Part shown: one piece after another, positions 33,569-45,300 of the stretch
How positions within the stretch are numbered: position 1 is the first letter of the stretch
How the letters are laid out: every line of letters starts with the position of its first letter
NCBI GenBank assembly: GCA_032718475.1
Contig: JAUCBJ010000735.1
Span: 1 to 64,000 of the forward strand
Direction of reading: 5' to 3'
Length of the DNA: 64,000 nucleotides
DNA from: Nemertoderma westbladi
Taxonomy: Eukaryota; Animalia; Xenacoelomorpha
The notes under the pieces: model-generated
Database searches by the model: none
What the model was told of the DNA's origin: nothing
The model's input: only the letters and a program-made list of their open reading frames with translations
Position numbers and translations under genes: made by a program

Positions 33569-36130
33569 CTAAGCTGGGGAGTCCCTAGATGTTTGTTGGA
33601 TTAGGGAGGTGGCCGTGGGAAGAGTATCTTGCCTCCCATAGTTTCCGGAGAGTTCTCTGTCTCTTTCCAGTAAACATAAGCGACCAACTGGGCGATTGAG
33701 CTGCTGTGTCTCGAAGACAATTCCCGGTTTCTTGAAGTTACGTCGCATGACGACGAGTTCTACCGATCGCACCAAACCGTCATCCGAGATGTGAGTCTCG
33801 ATGATACGACCTGTCTGCCACCGCTTACGTGGAAGATCTACATCCACAATAAGAACCATGTCTCCAGCGCTGACGTTTTCTTGCTGCGCAAACCACTTAG
33901 TTCGAAGTTGTAGCGTGGGCAGATAATGTTTTTCGAAATGGTCAGCGAAACGACGGGATAACAACTGCATGAGTTGCCAAGTTTGCCGACAGTATTCGTC
34001 TCCGTCTGTGATTTCCGATTGTGGTAACATGGCTGCAGGTTTCTTCAGTAGGAAGTGCGCGGGTGTTAGCGCTTCCAGGGAATCGGGACTCGATGAGACT
34101 GGCATAAGCGGTCTCTCGTTGAGATAGGCGGCGATTTCCTCCATTAACGTCCGCAAAAGTTCGTCGGTGAGATACGCGCGGCAAGGCACTATAAAGTGAA
34201 ATGCTGTCTTCACACTTCTTATTAATCTCTCCCAACTTCCTCCCCACCAAGGGGCGTCAGCGGCGTTGAAGGTCCAGCTAGACGCTGTTACTCGTAGCTG
34301 ATCGTCCACCTGTCTTTGGTTCCAATCTTTGACGTAAGCTTTGATTTCATTGTTGGCACCAATGAAGTTAGTTCCCTTATCAGATCTCATCGTGTTACTA
34401 GTGCCAAAGCGAGCGATCTGTCGTCGTAAGCTTAATAGAAAGCTGTTGGTAGATAAATCGTTCACCATATCGAGATGGATAGCTCTACAAGTCATACAAA
34501 CAAAGATGACACACCATCTCTTGACTATAGTCCTAGCACGATATACTTCAATAGGGCCAAATAAATCCACACCGGTATTAGTAAAGGGTGGTTCATAGAA
34601 GCTTACTCGTTCCCTAGGTAATTCTGCCTCTCGCAGTGTTAAAGGCCTACTGAATGCTTTCCTACAGGGTATGCAGTTCCTAAGAACTTGGTTCAGAGCT
34701 CTACGGGGTTTATAAAAATAATAGCGAGTTCGAATTTCGCTAAGAACTCGTTCCCTACCAGCATGATAAAGTTTGCTGTGAACGTCTACAATCATCTTGA
34801 CTTGTATTTCAAGATTTCTAATGAGTATGGGAAACTTAGTGTCAAAGGATAGTGGAGCATTCGTTAATCTTCCTCCAACACGTATCAACCCATCTATCAT
34901 TGTGCTAGAGAAACGATCCCTTAAGCGCATCCGTGGATTTCTCAACAACAGGAAATACTTATCGGAATCTTCATAGCATTGCAGGAGTCTCAGCATCTGC
35001 TTGTTGGTTTCTTCATGCTCCTGATAACTGATCTTCTCCTTCAGAAACCTGTCGGATATCTTATATTTGGGAAGATCTTTAATAACATGGACCTGCACTG
35101 ATGTTATTGGAGCGGTATCACCTTTGGCCTTCATCCCGGAGTAGTAATGGTGAAAACATCTCTTTAAATATGTAACGGCCTTACAGAGCCGATTCCAGGA
35201 ACTGTAGTGATGTATCGCTCTCTGCAGAAGAGGTGAGAGTCCTTGCGAGACGTCTGGTATTCCAGATTTCCAATCCTTATCACGGATTTCCACAACAAGT
35301 TTATTTGTGGCTGTGGATTTCTGATCCAAAGCGTCGTCTCCGGAAGTATGTAGTACAGACAGATCTACCATAGGTTTGAATAACTTCGATTTACTCGCCC
35401 AAGTTTTAGGTTTGACTTTCTCCGCTCCCTTGGCCTGTCTAATCTCTGTGGTAGTAAGATGAGGAGGCCATTCTTCTTCTTCTTTGTAGAGGAAGTCTGG
35501 TCCACCTAGCCAGTCTGGAGTATCTACCAGTTCTTGTGGAGTTGCTCCCCTGGAGGCGATATCTGCTGGATTAATCGTTCCGGGGCAATGTCTCCATTGA
35601 TCCATCGTTGTGCGACTGAGTATAATGGCTACTCTGTTGGTAACGAAGACGCTGAACTGACAGACTTCATTGGTTATATACTCCAACACGAGTAAAGCGT
35701 CGGTCCAATAGACAGTTTTCTCCAGTGGATAGTCGATCTGTTCTGTTACATTCCGGCCGATGGCTGTAGCGTATAGAGCCGCCTTTAACTCCGCTCGAGG
35801 AACTTTCAACTTGTTGTTTATCAATGCCTTAGAAGTAACCAAGGCGACTTTGATTCCGTCCGGAGTTTCCACCCTTAGGTAGGCTACTATACCTATTCCC
35901 ATATCGCTGGCGTCTCCAAACACATGGAGTTGATAGGAATACGTAGGGAGAACATGACCAAAATATGAACGGGAAATTATAAAGTTCTCGATGGCTGGTA
36001 GAGAATCTTCCAATTTCATCCACTTCTTTAATAATTCTCCCTTAAGTGGATCGTCCCATGAGTGGTTTTCAAGCCACATTTGTTGTACTAAACTCCGAGC
36101 AATCAATATAACTGGGCTAATAAATCCCAA
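33569..36130 (-). CDS. BEL1 pol: RNase H and integrase
   Basis: LHVFGDAS, VPRAEL, WRHCPGTINPADIASRG, TGVDLFGP, CRAIHLD, SDKGTNF, PWWGGSWERLIRSVK, DDGLVRSV. Confidence 0.95.
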   Translation of the reverse strand: MGFISPVILIARSLVQQMWLENHSWDDPLKGELLKKWMKLEDSLPAIENFIISRSYFGHVLPTYSYQLHVFGDASDMGIGIVAYLRVETPDGIKVALVTSKALINNKLKVPRAELKAALYATAIGRNVTEQIDYPLEKTVYWTDALLVLEYITNEVCQFSVFVTNRVAIILSRTTMDQWRHCPGTINPADIASRGATPQELVDTPDWLGGPDFLYKEEEEWPPHLTTTEIRQAKGAEKVKPKTWASKSKLFKPMVDLSVLHTSGDDALDQKSTATNKLVVEIRDKDWKSGIPDVSQGLSPLLQRAIHHYSSWNRLCKAVTYLKRCFHHYYSGMKAKGDTAPITSVQVHVIKDLPKYKISDRFLKEKISYQEHEETNKQMLRLLQCYEDSDKYFLLLRNPRMRLRDRFSSTMIDGLIRVGGRLTNAPLSFDTKFPILIRNLEIQVKMIVDVHSKLYHAGRERVLSEIRTRYYFYKPRRALNQVLRNCIPCRKAFSRPLTLREAELPRERVSFYEPPFTNTGVDLFGPIEVYRARTIVKRWCVIFVCMTCRAIHLDMVNDLSTNSFLLSLRRQIARFGTSNTMRSDKGTNFIGANNEIKAYVKDWNQRQVDDQLRVTASSWTFNAADAPWWGGSWERLIRSVKTAFHFIVPCRAYLTDELLRTLMEEIAAYLNERPLMPVSSSPDSLEALTPAHFLLKKPAAMLPQSEITDGDEYCRQTWQLMQLLSRRFADHFEKHYLPTLQLRTKWFAQQENVSAGDMVLIVDVDLPRKRWQTGRIIETHISDDGLVRSVELVVMRRNFKKPGIVFETQQLNRPVGRLCLLERDRELSGNYGRQDTLPTATSLIQQTSRDSPA

Positions 36131-36185
36131 TGGATCGAAATAAGTGCTCAGGATACTTAAACAAATCCGTTTAGTCCGAACTGGA

Positions 36186-37304
36186 TTATCTCGCTGTTTT
36201 AGTTAACAGGATATCTCTTTCTGTGTCCCATTTCAAACCAAGGGTCTTAGTTTCTGGGAGATCATCTTTTATTAGATCCAGATCTTTCGCTCCACGATCT
36301 TCTATCGGGATCAACTCCAGAAACTCACGGGAGTTACTGGTGAATTTAGTTAATCGAATTCCACCTCTTTTTAAGCACTCTACCGTTCCTTTAGCGACAT
36401 CAATGGCTTCTTCGACTGATGGAAGGGACTTTAGATTGTCGTCCATGTATATATCCCTCTTGATGTTGTCAATCACCTCTTTAGAGAAGGCGTCTCGGTT
36501 GTCATCCGCAGTGGTGCGCACCACGGAACCGGCGTTTGAAGGGCTTGAGATTATCCCAAAAGCCTGGATAGTCATCCAGTACTCCACCGGTTTCTGGTTG
36601 AGGTCTCCTTCAGGCCACCACAGAAATCGTAGGCTGTCTCGATCCCTATCCAGCGCCTTGACTTGTAAGAACATGCCTTCTATATCTGAGGCGAAAGCAA
36701 TTGAATATTGTCTTAATCTTAAAAGTATTCCCAACAAGGATTGGAGTAAGTTGGGTCCGGGTAACAATTCAGAATTAAGGGATTGGCCCATATAGAGGGC
36801 GGAGCCGTCAAACACCACTCGTACTTCATGGGGTTTACCGGGTTTGGGAACATAATGGTGAGTTAAATAATACGTTCTCTCAGTTATAGGTGTTTCTTCC
36901 GGTACTAGCTCTGCATATCCCTTGCTAATAAATTTCTCCAGCTGTGTTTGATACATTTCTTTAGCTGAAGAATTAGCCGTAAGGCGTCGATGGAGTTGCG
37001 CGATTCTTTTTTCCACCAAGGGTCTGTTATTGATGAACTTCGGTTCTCTCTTGCGGAAAGGTAGACCGACTTCATACCTACCTTGATCTTTGAGGAAACG
37101 TGTAGTTGTCTCTTGGATCTGCTTGGCCCTTTCCTCTTCCACCGACAAGGCTTTATCGTAGGAATTGGGCTCTACCGCCTCTTGCGTAAAGAATCGTACG
37201 GCATGTTCATCTCGAGTCTTGGCATTGCAACGCTCAATGACGTCATTTAACTCGTCGTTATAAGCTTCTCGTTCAGATGGATAGAGAAGTTGACATAAGT
37301 TCAC
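36186..37304 (-). CDS. BEL1 pol: reverse transcriptase
   Basis: GRYEVGLPF, YYLTHH, VRVVFDGS, SLNSELLPGPNL, SDIEGMFLQV, YMDD, KTLGLKWD. Confidence 0.95.
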   Translation of the reverse strand: MNLCQLLYPSEREAYNDELNDVIERCNAKTRDEHAVRFFTQEAVEPNSYDKALSVEEERAKQIQETTTRFLKDQGRYEVGLPFRKREPKFINNRPLVEKRIAQLHRRLTANSSAKEMYQTQLEKFISKGYAELVPEETPITERTYYLTHHYVPKPGKPHEVRVVFDGSALYMGQSLNSELLPGPNLLQSLLGILLRLRQYSIAFASDIEGMFLQVKALDRDRDSLRFLWWPEGDLNQKPVEYWMTIQAFGIISSPSNAGSVVRTTADDNRDAFSKEVIDNIKRDIYMDDNLKSLPSVEEAIDVAKGTVECLKRGGIRLTKFTSNSREFLELIPIEDRGAKDLDLIKDDLPETKTLGLKWDTERDILLTKTAR

Positions 37305-37403
37305 TTGGTTTTGCCAAGCCTCGTTTTCCTTAAGGAGATCGATGGTATTCTCCTCATCAAAAAGCTGGTGAACGTCGTCGTTATCTGAGGAGTATGGAGT
37401 TCC

Positions 37404-38202
37404 CTAAGTTAAATCGTCTCCCTCACTAGCATCATCTTCCCATTCACTCACCTGGCAGACGCTCTCTTGCGGTAGTCTTTCTCTGAGTGTTCTACGGGAA
37501 GGGCCAGTAAAGTACCAACCCACTCTAGTTCTTCCCGCATAAGCTTGTAGTGGTTGCGGTTGAGCGGGCCGTTTCTCCAATGTCTCGAGCGCTTCATGCG
37601 CGTTTTGACCGATGAGTATTTGTACTCCAGGGTAATCGGTATTGAATCTAGGTATTTCTAGCTGCTGGGTGAAATCGTCCTCATCCCAGTTATAAGGTTC
37701 CACTTGGGTGTTAGCGAAGTTCTTTATCGCCACCATTTTTACTGACCTTATACTATGTTCTCCTAGTTCATCCTGGGGGGGTGGACAACGCACCTACATA
37801 ATAATCCGCTATTACTGTAGATTTCCAAACCTGCATAATTCCTGACATGTTTAGCTTAGTTCGGAACTTGGGTTGTCCAGCAAAGATGTCTTCGGCTAGT
37901 TCTTTGTCGATGAATGTTCCTGTACTACCGGAGTCAAGGAGGGCGTTCACTACATAACTCCTTTTAGGTCCGTGGACCCTTACCTGTACTACAGGAAATT
38001 CTCGGATTCCTACATTGGAAGGTGGCGCTTTCCACGATGGTTGTCGATCAGAAGTAGTTAGGGTGAGGTCGCTGTCTGTGTCTTTTTCATACGTAAGTGC
38101 TCGATACACTGCGGTATTTATCATATAACAGGATTCACCTTCGTCGGAGAATTCATCTGTATAGAATCCTTCCATCTCAGAGCTTTGGTCAGTGTCGTTC
38201 AC
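37404..38202 (-). pseudogene. BEL1 aspartic protease (frameshifted)
   Basis: ALLDSGSTGTFI; ILIGQN...TRVGWYFTGP in the next frame. Confidence 0.88.
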
Positions 38203-38253
38203 ATCACTGAATTGGACATGTAGTTCGGAATCACTTACCTGACTCGGACTATT

Positions 38254-40101
38254 TCACTCGAATTCAGTATGCAACAAGATATGATGTTTCGTACCGCACT
38301 TTGCACACCTTGTGTCGGAGTAACAGGTTCGCCGTTGGTGTCCTTGTCTGAGGCAATTATAACACAACCGCTTATCCCACATGACTTCCCGTCTCTCCGC
38401 TAATGATTTCTTCAGGAATTCATCACACATATTCAAACGGTGAGTCCCGTCACATAGCGCACATTTCGGTTTGATGTTACTTACCTTATTTTGAATTACA
38501 TTGTGCACACTCGTTCTTTCTTCGGGCTTTCTCACCTGAATTCTCTTGGGAGACGTAGGAGGAGTTTTTCCTACCTGTTCTCTCCTGTCATTGGTTCGAG
38601 ACTTGAATTTACTCACCTGTTCTTTAGGCGTTTTATTGACATAATAAGATCTTTCAGTGTCTTTCCCGCTATCCTCTCCTTGAGAAGTCTGGCTTTCGCC
38701 GTCGTCTGTATAACACACTGGTGTTACCTTTCTCCTAGAGACGGGTTTCTCACTTACCTTGTTTTCCGGTGTCTTCTCTCTGGACTGCTTTATGAGCTGT
38801 AATTTCACTTCGCCATCCAAGAATGACATGAGATCAGCCATGGTAGGGTCTCGTTGTTGTTGTTCCATCATATATAACACTTTCTTGTCCCAGCGTGTAC
38901 CTACTCCACCCTTCGGTAAAGTAGAAGCCACTGCTCTAATAACCATAGCACTCTGATATTCATGAGACTTACCTAGCCAATCTAATTGTCTGCAGATCTC
39001 CTGAATCTCATCGGAAAACTCTATTATCCCACTGCTAATAAACTTTCGGGGCGCTACCAACTTTGCATACAAATACCCAGCTATGTTATTCCTATTACCA
39101 TACCTGATGTTTAGTGTATCCCAAACTTGTCTTAATCCGTCTGGATGTCCAATAAACTTTAACGCCATTAACTTGGGAGATCCTTCCAAGCACTCGATGA
39201 GGAATCTAAGTTTCTCTCCATTAGATAGCACAGAGTTCTGTATGTTATCCTTGTAATATTCATTAAAAGGTAACCATTTCATCTCATCTCCATTGAACTT
39301 GACTATCTCTCCCACCTTTACCGCTTGGCGGGCTTCGGTTCTAGCCATTTGACGCGTAAAACTTTCTTGGGCCATCGTGTTATTTAATATCGAGTTATCG
39401 GTATATAAATTTCTCGGATTATGATCAGGTCTATAGGGAATATCATTATCAACAGGTCTATAATTACCCTTAATAGGGTTCACTATAGGAGTTTCTACTT
39501 CGCTAGCAGTATATATGCGTGTAGGCTCCACACCTTGCGCATGAGATACTTCAGACCTAACAGGTTGACACATTGTTACAGGGGGTGGTGGTATACCCTT
39601 TTGTGTATTTACTAATTTATCGCGTTCTAGCGCGATACTTTGCTGCACTTCTTGCAACTCTAACCTACTTTCTCTTACTGTGCCCTTGAATTGCTGAACG
39701 GTCTCCTGCATCTGCCCGAGCAGGAGATCCATCCCCCGTCGTCTCTCATCCACCCACTCGACCGCCGAAGCGGGAGCCGCCAACGTTGTAGCGGGCCGAC
39801 GAGGGACAACGGGCGACAAATCATTAATATTTCGCTCGGAGTCCAGGACATGAACATTTTCAAGGGTGGTTCTGTGGGGCACAGATAGATTAGTGCTGTG
39901 CAGAGGGAATTTAGAGGTAGGTTCAGGGAGTACAGGTGTCTCTACCACCGAAGGGGTGGCTTTGGGAACAGGCCTAATTATTTCAGGCTCATCTACTATA
40001 GTAGGGAGTCTTTCTATTTTAATTATTTGGTCTGTGGGTTCTGTACTACCTAAGTTTGTGTTATTTAGTTGCCTTCTAACAGCTGGAGGCAAATCAGGCA
40101 A
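38254..40101 (-). CDS. BEL1 Gag (capsid-like domain and three Cys/His knuckles)
   Basis: FNGDEMKWLPF...EKLRFLIECLEG...LNIRYG; CALCDGTHRLNMC, CYNCLRQGHQRRTC, CAKCGTKHHILLH. Confidence 0.93.
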   Translation of the reverse strand: MPDLPPAVRRQLNNTNLGSTEPTDQIIKIERLPTIVDEPEIIRPVPKATPSVVETPVLPEPTSKFPLHSTNLSVPHRTTLENVHVLDSERNINDLSPVVPRRPATTLAAPASAVEWVDERRRGMDLLLGQMQETVQQFKGTVRESRLELQEVQQSIALERDKLVNTQKGIPPPPVTMCQPVRSEVSHAQGVEPTRIYTASEVETPIVNPIKGNYRPVDNDIPYRPDHNPRNLYTDNSILNNTMAQESFTRQMARTEARQAVKVGEIVKFNGDEMKWLPFNEYYKDNIQNSVLSNGEKLRFLIECLEGSPKLMALKFIGHPDGLRQVWDTLNIRYGNRNNIAGYLYAKLVAPRKFISSGIIEFSDEIQEICRQLDWLGKSHEYQSAMVIRAVASTLPKGGVGTRWDKKVLYMMEQQQRDPTMADLMSFLDGEVKLQLIKQSREKTPENKVSEKPVSRRKVTPVCYTDDGESQTSQGEDSGKDTERSYYVNKTPKEQVSKFKSRTNDRREQVGKTPPTSPKRIQVRKPEERTSVHNVIQNKVSNIKPKCALCDGTHRLNMCDEFLKKSLAERREVMWDKRLCYNCLRQGHQRRTCYSDTRCAKCGTKHHILLHTEFE

Positions 40102-40133
40102 TTTCTGATGGTGGGATGTTCTTCTACGTCTTC

Positions 40134-41606
40134 TTAGACGAGATCTATTTCCTTTGCCTTCAGTATCGATGGTATCGCCTTCCTCAGATGATGTATATCC
40201 CTGTCTTTTGGGAGTAGATCGATCGATGGGAGTATCATCTGCATATTACTAGCTGTTAACTGTTTATTTATGCAGTCTTGATTCTCCTGAATGTTTTCCA
40301 ATTCTAATTGGGTGATTTCTTCAGCCGCTCTCCGTTCTGCTTCTGCCACTGCCTCTGCCGCCTTTCTTTCCGCCTCTGCCGCTGCTACTGCCGCTTTTCT
40401 TTCTGCTTCTGCAGCTGCCACTGCTGCTGCCTTTCTGTCTTCTATACGTTTTTTCTTCACTTGTTCTTCTTGGACTCTAGTGATGCGGAGTTGTTCATCA
40501 AATTTAGCTTGGTTCGCAGCTCTCATATCCACATCGATGGCGTCCAACACACGCTGGGTTCCTTCACTATTAGGGCTGAGTCCATCTAACCTTCTCCTCA
40601 ACTCTTCATCTCCTAAAAAACGTTGATAGTCTGACAGATAGATGTCAATGGCATCCCTCTTATGCGGTTTCTCTGCCGTCGCTTCACTTTCCACTTGGGA
40701 AAAAGTAGCGTCTGTTGATTCTCCATGGGTTGAGCGCTCCTCCAGCTGAGCTTTCCACTGAGCCGTTCCTTGAACCTGGAGACTCACCCGTTGAAACCAA
40801 GTCTTTACGGCAACTTGCAACGACGTGTCTTGTCTTCTTTTAGAAGCCTCCTCAAAGGCCGATAAGATTAGCCTGATTCGTAAAATTCTTTCTCTAACTT
40901 GATAAAGCAGCTGTACCTGCTCTTGAGGTCCTTGGGGTTGTTGAAACAATTGTTCTTTTAATCGCTCCATAGAGCTGAAGAATCCCTGTGCGTATCCGGC
41001 TGCGGACCTCTTCCACACAGCTGGATCGATGGTTTCCTTGGTTACTCCCATCCTGTGTATATCTTCCCAGGCAGCTTCTGATAAATCAAACGGGAGTCCG
41101 GGTCTGGGGAAGTTCCATTGCGACTCGACAATAGACTTCAGTTCTTCCCTTGTGTATCCCGCATAACTATCTTTAGTCGATCGCTTACTTCTCGCCCAAT
41201 CGATCTGGTGTTCTTCCACCGCAATCAATAACCTAGTGAGTACGGCTGCAGGAAGGATGAGAAGGGGATCCGAATAAACCGCATCCGTCATCTTTGCTCC
41301 GCGCTCGGGTGTCAGCTCTACAGTATCCTCACTACTGGAGCTGTCGGGCCATTGAGAAATAAGTTCTTGGCTCGCGGGTTGTTGTTGTTCCGCTGCTTCC
41401 TGGTCCCGCTTGACCTGAGCTCTAGTGCCTATGACAGACCTACGGTATTGGACCAGCCTAGGTTCTGATATTACTACTGGGGGAATGATCTTTCTTACAG
41501 TAGGAGGTGAGTTGAACTTCGGTCTAACTCGTTCCACACTCCTGTCTGGGTCACATATGGTTGTATCTAGGAGACTGTCTGACAGATTTTGCTTTGTGGC
41601 AGACAT
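40134..41606 (-). CDS. BEL1 Gag N-terminal extension (coiled coil, AAVAAAEAERK repeats), probably once fused to gag
   Basis: 490-aa ORF directly upstream of gag on the same strand inside the LTRs. Confidence 0.7.
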   Translation of the reverse strand: MSATKQNLSDSLLDTTICDPDRSVERVRPKFNSPPTVRKIIPPVVISEPRLVQYRRSVIGTRAQVKRDQEAAEQQQPASQELISQWPDSSSSEDTVELTPERGAKMTDAVYSDPLLILPAAVLTRLLIAVEEHQIDWARSKRSTKDSYAGYTREELKSIVESQWNFPRPGLPFDLSEAAWEDIHRMGVTKETIDPAVWKRSAAGYAQGFFSSMERLKEQLFQQPQGPQEQVQLLYQVRERILRIRLILSAFEEASKRRQDTSLQVAVKTWFQRVSLQVQGTAQWKAQLEERSTHGESTDATFSQVESEATAEKPHKRDAIDIYLSDYQRFLGDEELRRRLDGLSPNSEGTQRVLDAIDVDMRAANQAKFDEQLRITRVQEEQVKKKRIEDRKAAAVAAAEAERKAAVAAAEAERKAAEAVAEAERRAAEEITQLELENIQENQDCINKQLTASNMQMILPSIDLLPKDRDIHHLRKAIPSILKAKEIDLV

Positions 41607-41734
41607 ATTGGTTTGTACAGTTGAATGCCTACTGCTATATTACAGTTTAAGCAAGTCTAGTAATTCAGTATCACTGTTAGCCTAGTAATTAATTACTGAT
41701 ACTGCTACTTAGTGTAGCGTGATATATGTATAAT

Positions 41735-43505
41735 ATATTAGAATACCGGTATGCTTATAGTATATATATAAGTATTATTACAGACTAGGTTTGTCACAGA
41801 ATACCGGTATGTAATTCCAGCACAAATATATATAAATATATAATAGGCCTATCGTGAATACCGGTATGCAGCTTACACTTATAGTACATATAAGTATAAT
41901 TATTAACTAGAATTAATTACAGAATACCGGTATGATTTCAGCCTAAATTTATAGAAATAAATATAATAAGCCTATCGTGAATACTGGTATGTCAATTATT
42001 TTGGAATAATTGAATTTCTGAATTTTTAGGGGTTACTTGGTTACTTTAACTTACTTTATTACCGTTATTTAAGCAGTAGTCCAACTGATATTTAGACCTA
42101 ATTGTTGTATGGCAGGCCTACTATTTATAAATCTTTGAGTTGATTTATAATATATATACCCGTTAAAATGAGTTTTGTCAATATTTGAAATAAATGTTAT
42201 TATTTCTGGGGAAGTCACCACACAGAAGCTATGCGCTCTCAGTGAAGTGCTACTTGTTGGACACTAAAACAAATAATTCTAATTTACCTAAGTTACTTAA
42301 TACTACAAATTACATACAATTCGGGGTGAGATTACAATCTCTAAATAAACACAAAAAATTTACAAGTACGAATTTTTAGGGTAATTTTACAAGAAGTCTA
42401 CTAACCAGCCTAACAAAGGGTTAGAAATCTGGTTATTACAACGGACAGAGTACTACGGTATTTGAAAATAATAAGTAGTAGTAAATATACTGCGTTGTCC
42501 AGATAGAAAAATACCACCGTCTGACGACTTATAGCCATATCGCTATAAGTACTACGTTATGTATCACGGAGTGTTCCTACCTAGAAGTTAATTACCGCGG
42601 TCTACCAGAACCAACGTGCCTATTAACCACTTTACAACACAAATATACTGCCTACACACTAATCACCTTCGGAAAGCACTGTACACTAAACCCTACATTA
42701 GGTACAAGTACTTATATAACAAATAATCAGTAGTTAGAAATACTTGAACAGCTAAAAGAACCACGGTATCTGCCGGAGTGACCAAAGCACAAAATCTCCA
42801 GTCTTTACCTACGCCGAGCAGCCCTGATGTAGTACCGGGGTTAGTTTAAATGTAACGGTATGTATAACAAGCACAATTACTGCAGGAATAAACTTGGGGA
42901 ATGAATGTTGCGAATAATCGCATAAACTCTGAATAATAAATATTACGCTACGCGTACAGACTACTCAAACAAAATGCAGACCAAATACTGACAGACTACT
43001 ATCAAGCCTAAACAAACTACGGTATATGCAGACTCCGAAATGGTTAGTTAGTATGCGTTCTAACCTAGTAGTACGACTTATTCTTTCAGAGGGGGTTTAC
43101 CTCACAGCGCTGGAAGCCCCTACGTTCCCAACTGGCACTTTATCGGACATACACTCTACACACACCGAAATTTCCTCAGACCTAACAACAGCCAGACAAC
43201 TATCCAGCCTACGAATTACCTAAATAAGAATTATATGCTACCTGTACAGACTACACAAACAAAGTACAGACCAAACGATGGCAGACTACTATCAAGCCTA
43301 AATAAACTACAGTACATGCAGACTCCGAAATGATTAGTTAGTATGCGTTCTAACCTAGTAGTACGACTTATTCTTTCAAAGGGGGTTTACCTCACAGCAC
43401 TTGAAGCCCCTACGTTCCTAACTAGCACTTTATCGGACAGATGCTCTACACACACTGCAATCCGTTCAGACTTAACAACAGTCAGACAACAGTCCAGCCT
43501 ACAAA
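41735..43505. repeat. Tandem duplications in the BEL1 5' leader
   Basis: gaataccggtatg-based units at about 41740-41990, and a ~290-bp duplication (42950-43215 vs 43240-43505). Confidence 0.75.
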
Positions 43506-43838
43506 TTGTCTGTACAATCTGAGCAGGCTTACACGCCTTCTGCTCAATACTGGCCTACAAATAAATAAAACTGACAGAAATAAGTAAGCTCCAAAAGAAA
43601 CAAGGGGTGTACAGTCCCTAATCTCTTAAACAGCCTACCGGTATAAAATTTCACAATCGAATAATACTGCTGTACCTGTACTGCTGTAGATACCGGTCCG
43701 GGTGGTTAGGTAGTCAGGCCTACTAGGTACCAGTTGTCCGGTACTTCAGCTTTATTGCCTACTGCAATACAGAAGCTATAACCGTTATTGTTCTTACCAG
43801 AACAATATTAAACTGTATTTATTGCCTACCCTGCAATT

Positions 43839-43854
43839 AGCGTATATCCGTTAT
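43839..43854 (-). promoter_or_regulatory. Atypical primer-binding site complementary to the element's own LTR
   Basis: Sense ATAACGGATATACGCT abuts the 5' LTR end and is the exact reverse complement of sense LTR sequence at 44602-44587. No TGG tRNA-type PBS is present. Confidence 0.7.
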
Positions 43855-45029
43855 TGTTCGCGCTTTCAGACCTTTAGCAGTTTAACCTGCCAAATTAGGA
43901 TGTCTTCTAGATAATAGATAGTCTTTAGCCTACGACAAATATTTGATACACTACATTAGCCGAAACCAGTCTATGCGCGATCATTCACCCGCTGGATATA
44001 CCCGGGAGACTGGATTCGGAAGCCTAACCGTATTGCGGGATAGGTCTACTGTATTATTCGACTGATCTTAATATATATAATCTCTGACAATATTATTCAC
44101 TTTCGGGAAATATTAACAGTTCCTTTAGGACGTGGCGCTTTAAATATATAAACAGAGTTATGACTTAAACTAGACACAACGGGATGGCTATAGATTCACG
44201 TATATGGCGCATTCTTTAGGAGATGCTTCGTTATCAATCACAGTCATACACAATACTGCACAATGCTGCACACTAATCTGCCGACCTTCACTAATTTTAG
44301 TCACATATAAGGAGAACAACAGACAATACGTGTAGGGCCTATAAAATAGCATTAGATTCACTTCAAACCACTTAATGTAAGTCGCAATCGTTATATGTAT
44401 CCGGTCTCTCTAACCTTTAGTATATCAAGAAGATTGGGGTGTCTGATTGTTTATCAGTATTCCAAATATAATATTTCATCAACAAATATAATGAATAACC
44501 GACAGCAAAAGCAGTAAAGTTAAGGTATAAATGATTATGAGTGACTGAGTGAGATATGATCAGTTATGATTAGTTGAGTGAGTGAGATAACGGATATACG
44601 CTCTATAATTAAGCCTACTAATGTTGATGCTAAAGACTGAAACACGGAGGTTCCACGCCGGTGTTGTAGGCTGTGGAAAAATCACATACTGACTCACTTC
44701 CCTAGTTTCTATCTACCATCTCTAACACAGAGGCAAAAAACGCTCTGATTGGTCGACCGAACAAAGAGAGAACAAAGAACAAAGAGATGTTCTACGTGGC
44801 AATATCAGCTGTTAGCCGTCGTCATGGTAGCGACACTGTTTCAAGAGGATCCGGCGTATTGCGTCATAGAATTGCTAATCATGTCCGCTAAAGTACACAT
44901 ACAGAAGAAATGGCTTTTATGTCCTCTAAAACAACAATACAGTAAGGACACGGCCTTTTATGCCTGTTAAACCAACTACAGAGTACTTTACGGGGAAAAT
45001 AACCGGCTAATTACGCAAAAGCCTTTACA
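43855..45029 (-). repeat. BEL1 5' LTR
   Basis: Near-identical to 26431-27606; followed by TSD gacta. Confidence 0.97.
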
Positions 45030-45300
45030 GACTATGTTCTACGCATGTCCTTAGATCATCATAATGATGATGGGGTGATGATATCTCCACCTACTGGCTC
45101 CAGAAGTCGAGGAAATCCTGCCAAGTACCTAACTGATCTAGACTTTGCTGATGACTTAGGAGTACTCTCAGAATCACTAGAGGGAGCCCAACGGCTCCTC
45201 AGCTCATTAGAACATGCGCTTAGTGTTGGTCTTTTTATTAACTCCAGAAAGACCAAAATTTTGACAGTTAACTTTGAAAGTCCTCAGCAAGTCTCTGATC
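45030..45300 (+). pseudogene. RTE-like LINE reverse transcriptase, right part
   Basis: Continues DY-VLRMSLD...LTDLDFADDL...VGLFINSRKTK in register once BEL1 and one TSD are removed. Confidence 0.9.

Larger units (their letters stand above)
26431..45029 (-). mobile_element. BEL/Pao LTR retrotransposon 1, full length (18.6 kb), with accessory ORFs
   Basis: ~1175-bp LTRs (26431-27606 and 43855-45029; about 8 differences seen), TGT...ACA ends, 5-bp TSD GACTA, PPT gggagcgg, BEL-type gag-pol. Confidence 0.97.

Noticed and set aside
34341-41685. Plus-strand ORFs overlapping BEL gag-pol (also 58230-63388)
   Set aside because: These are antisense shadows of long coding frames with no recognisable motifs.
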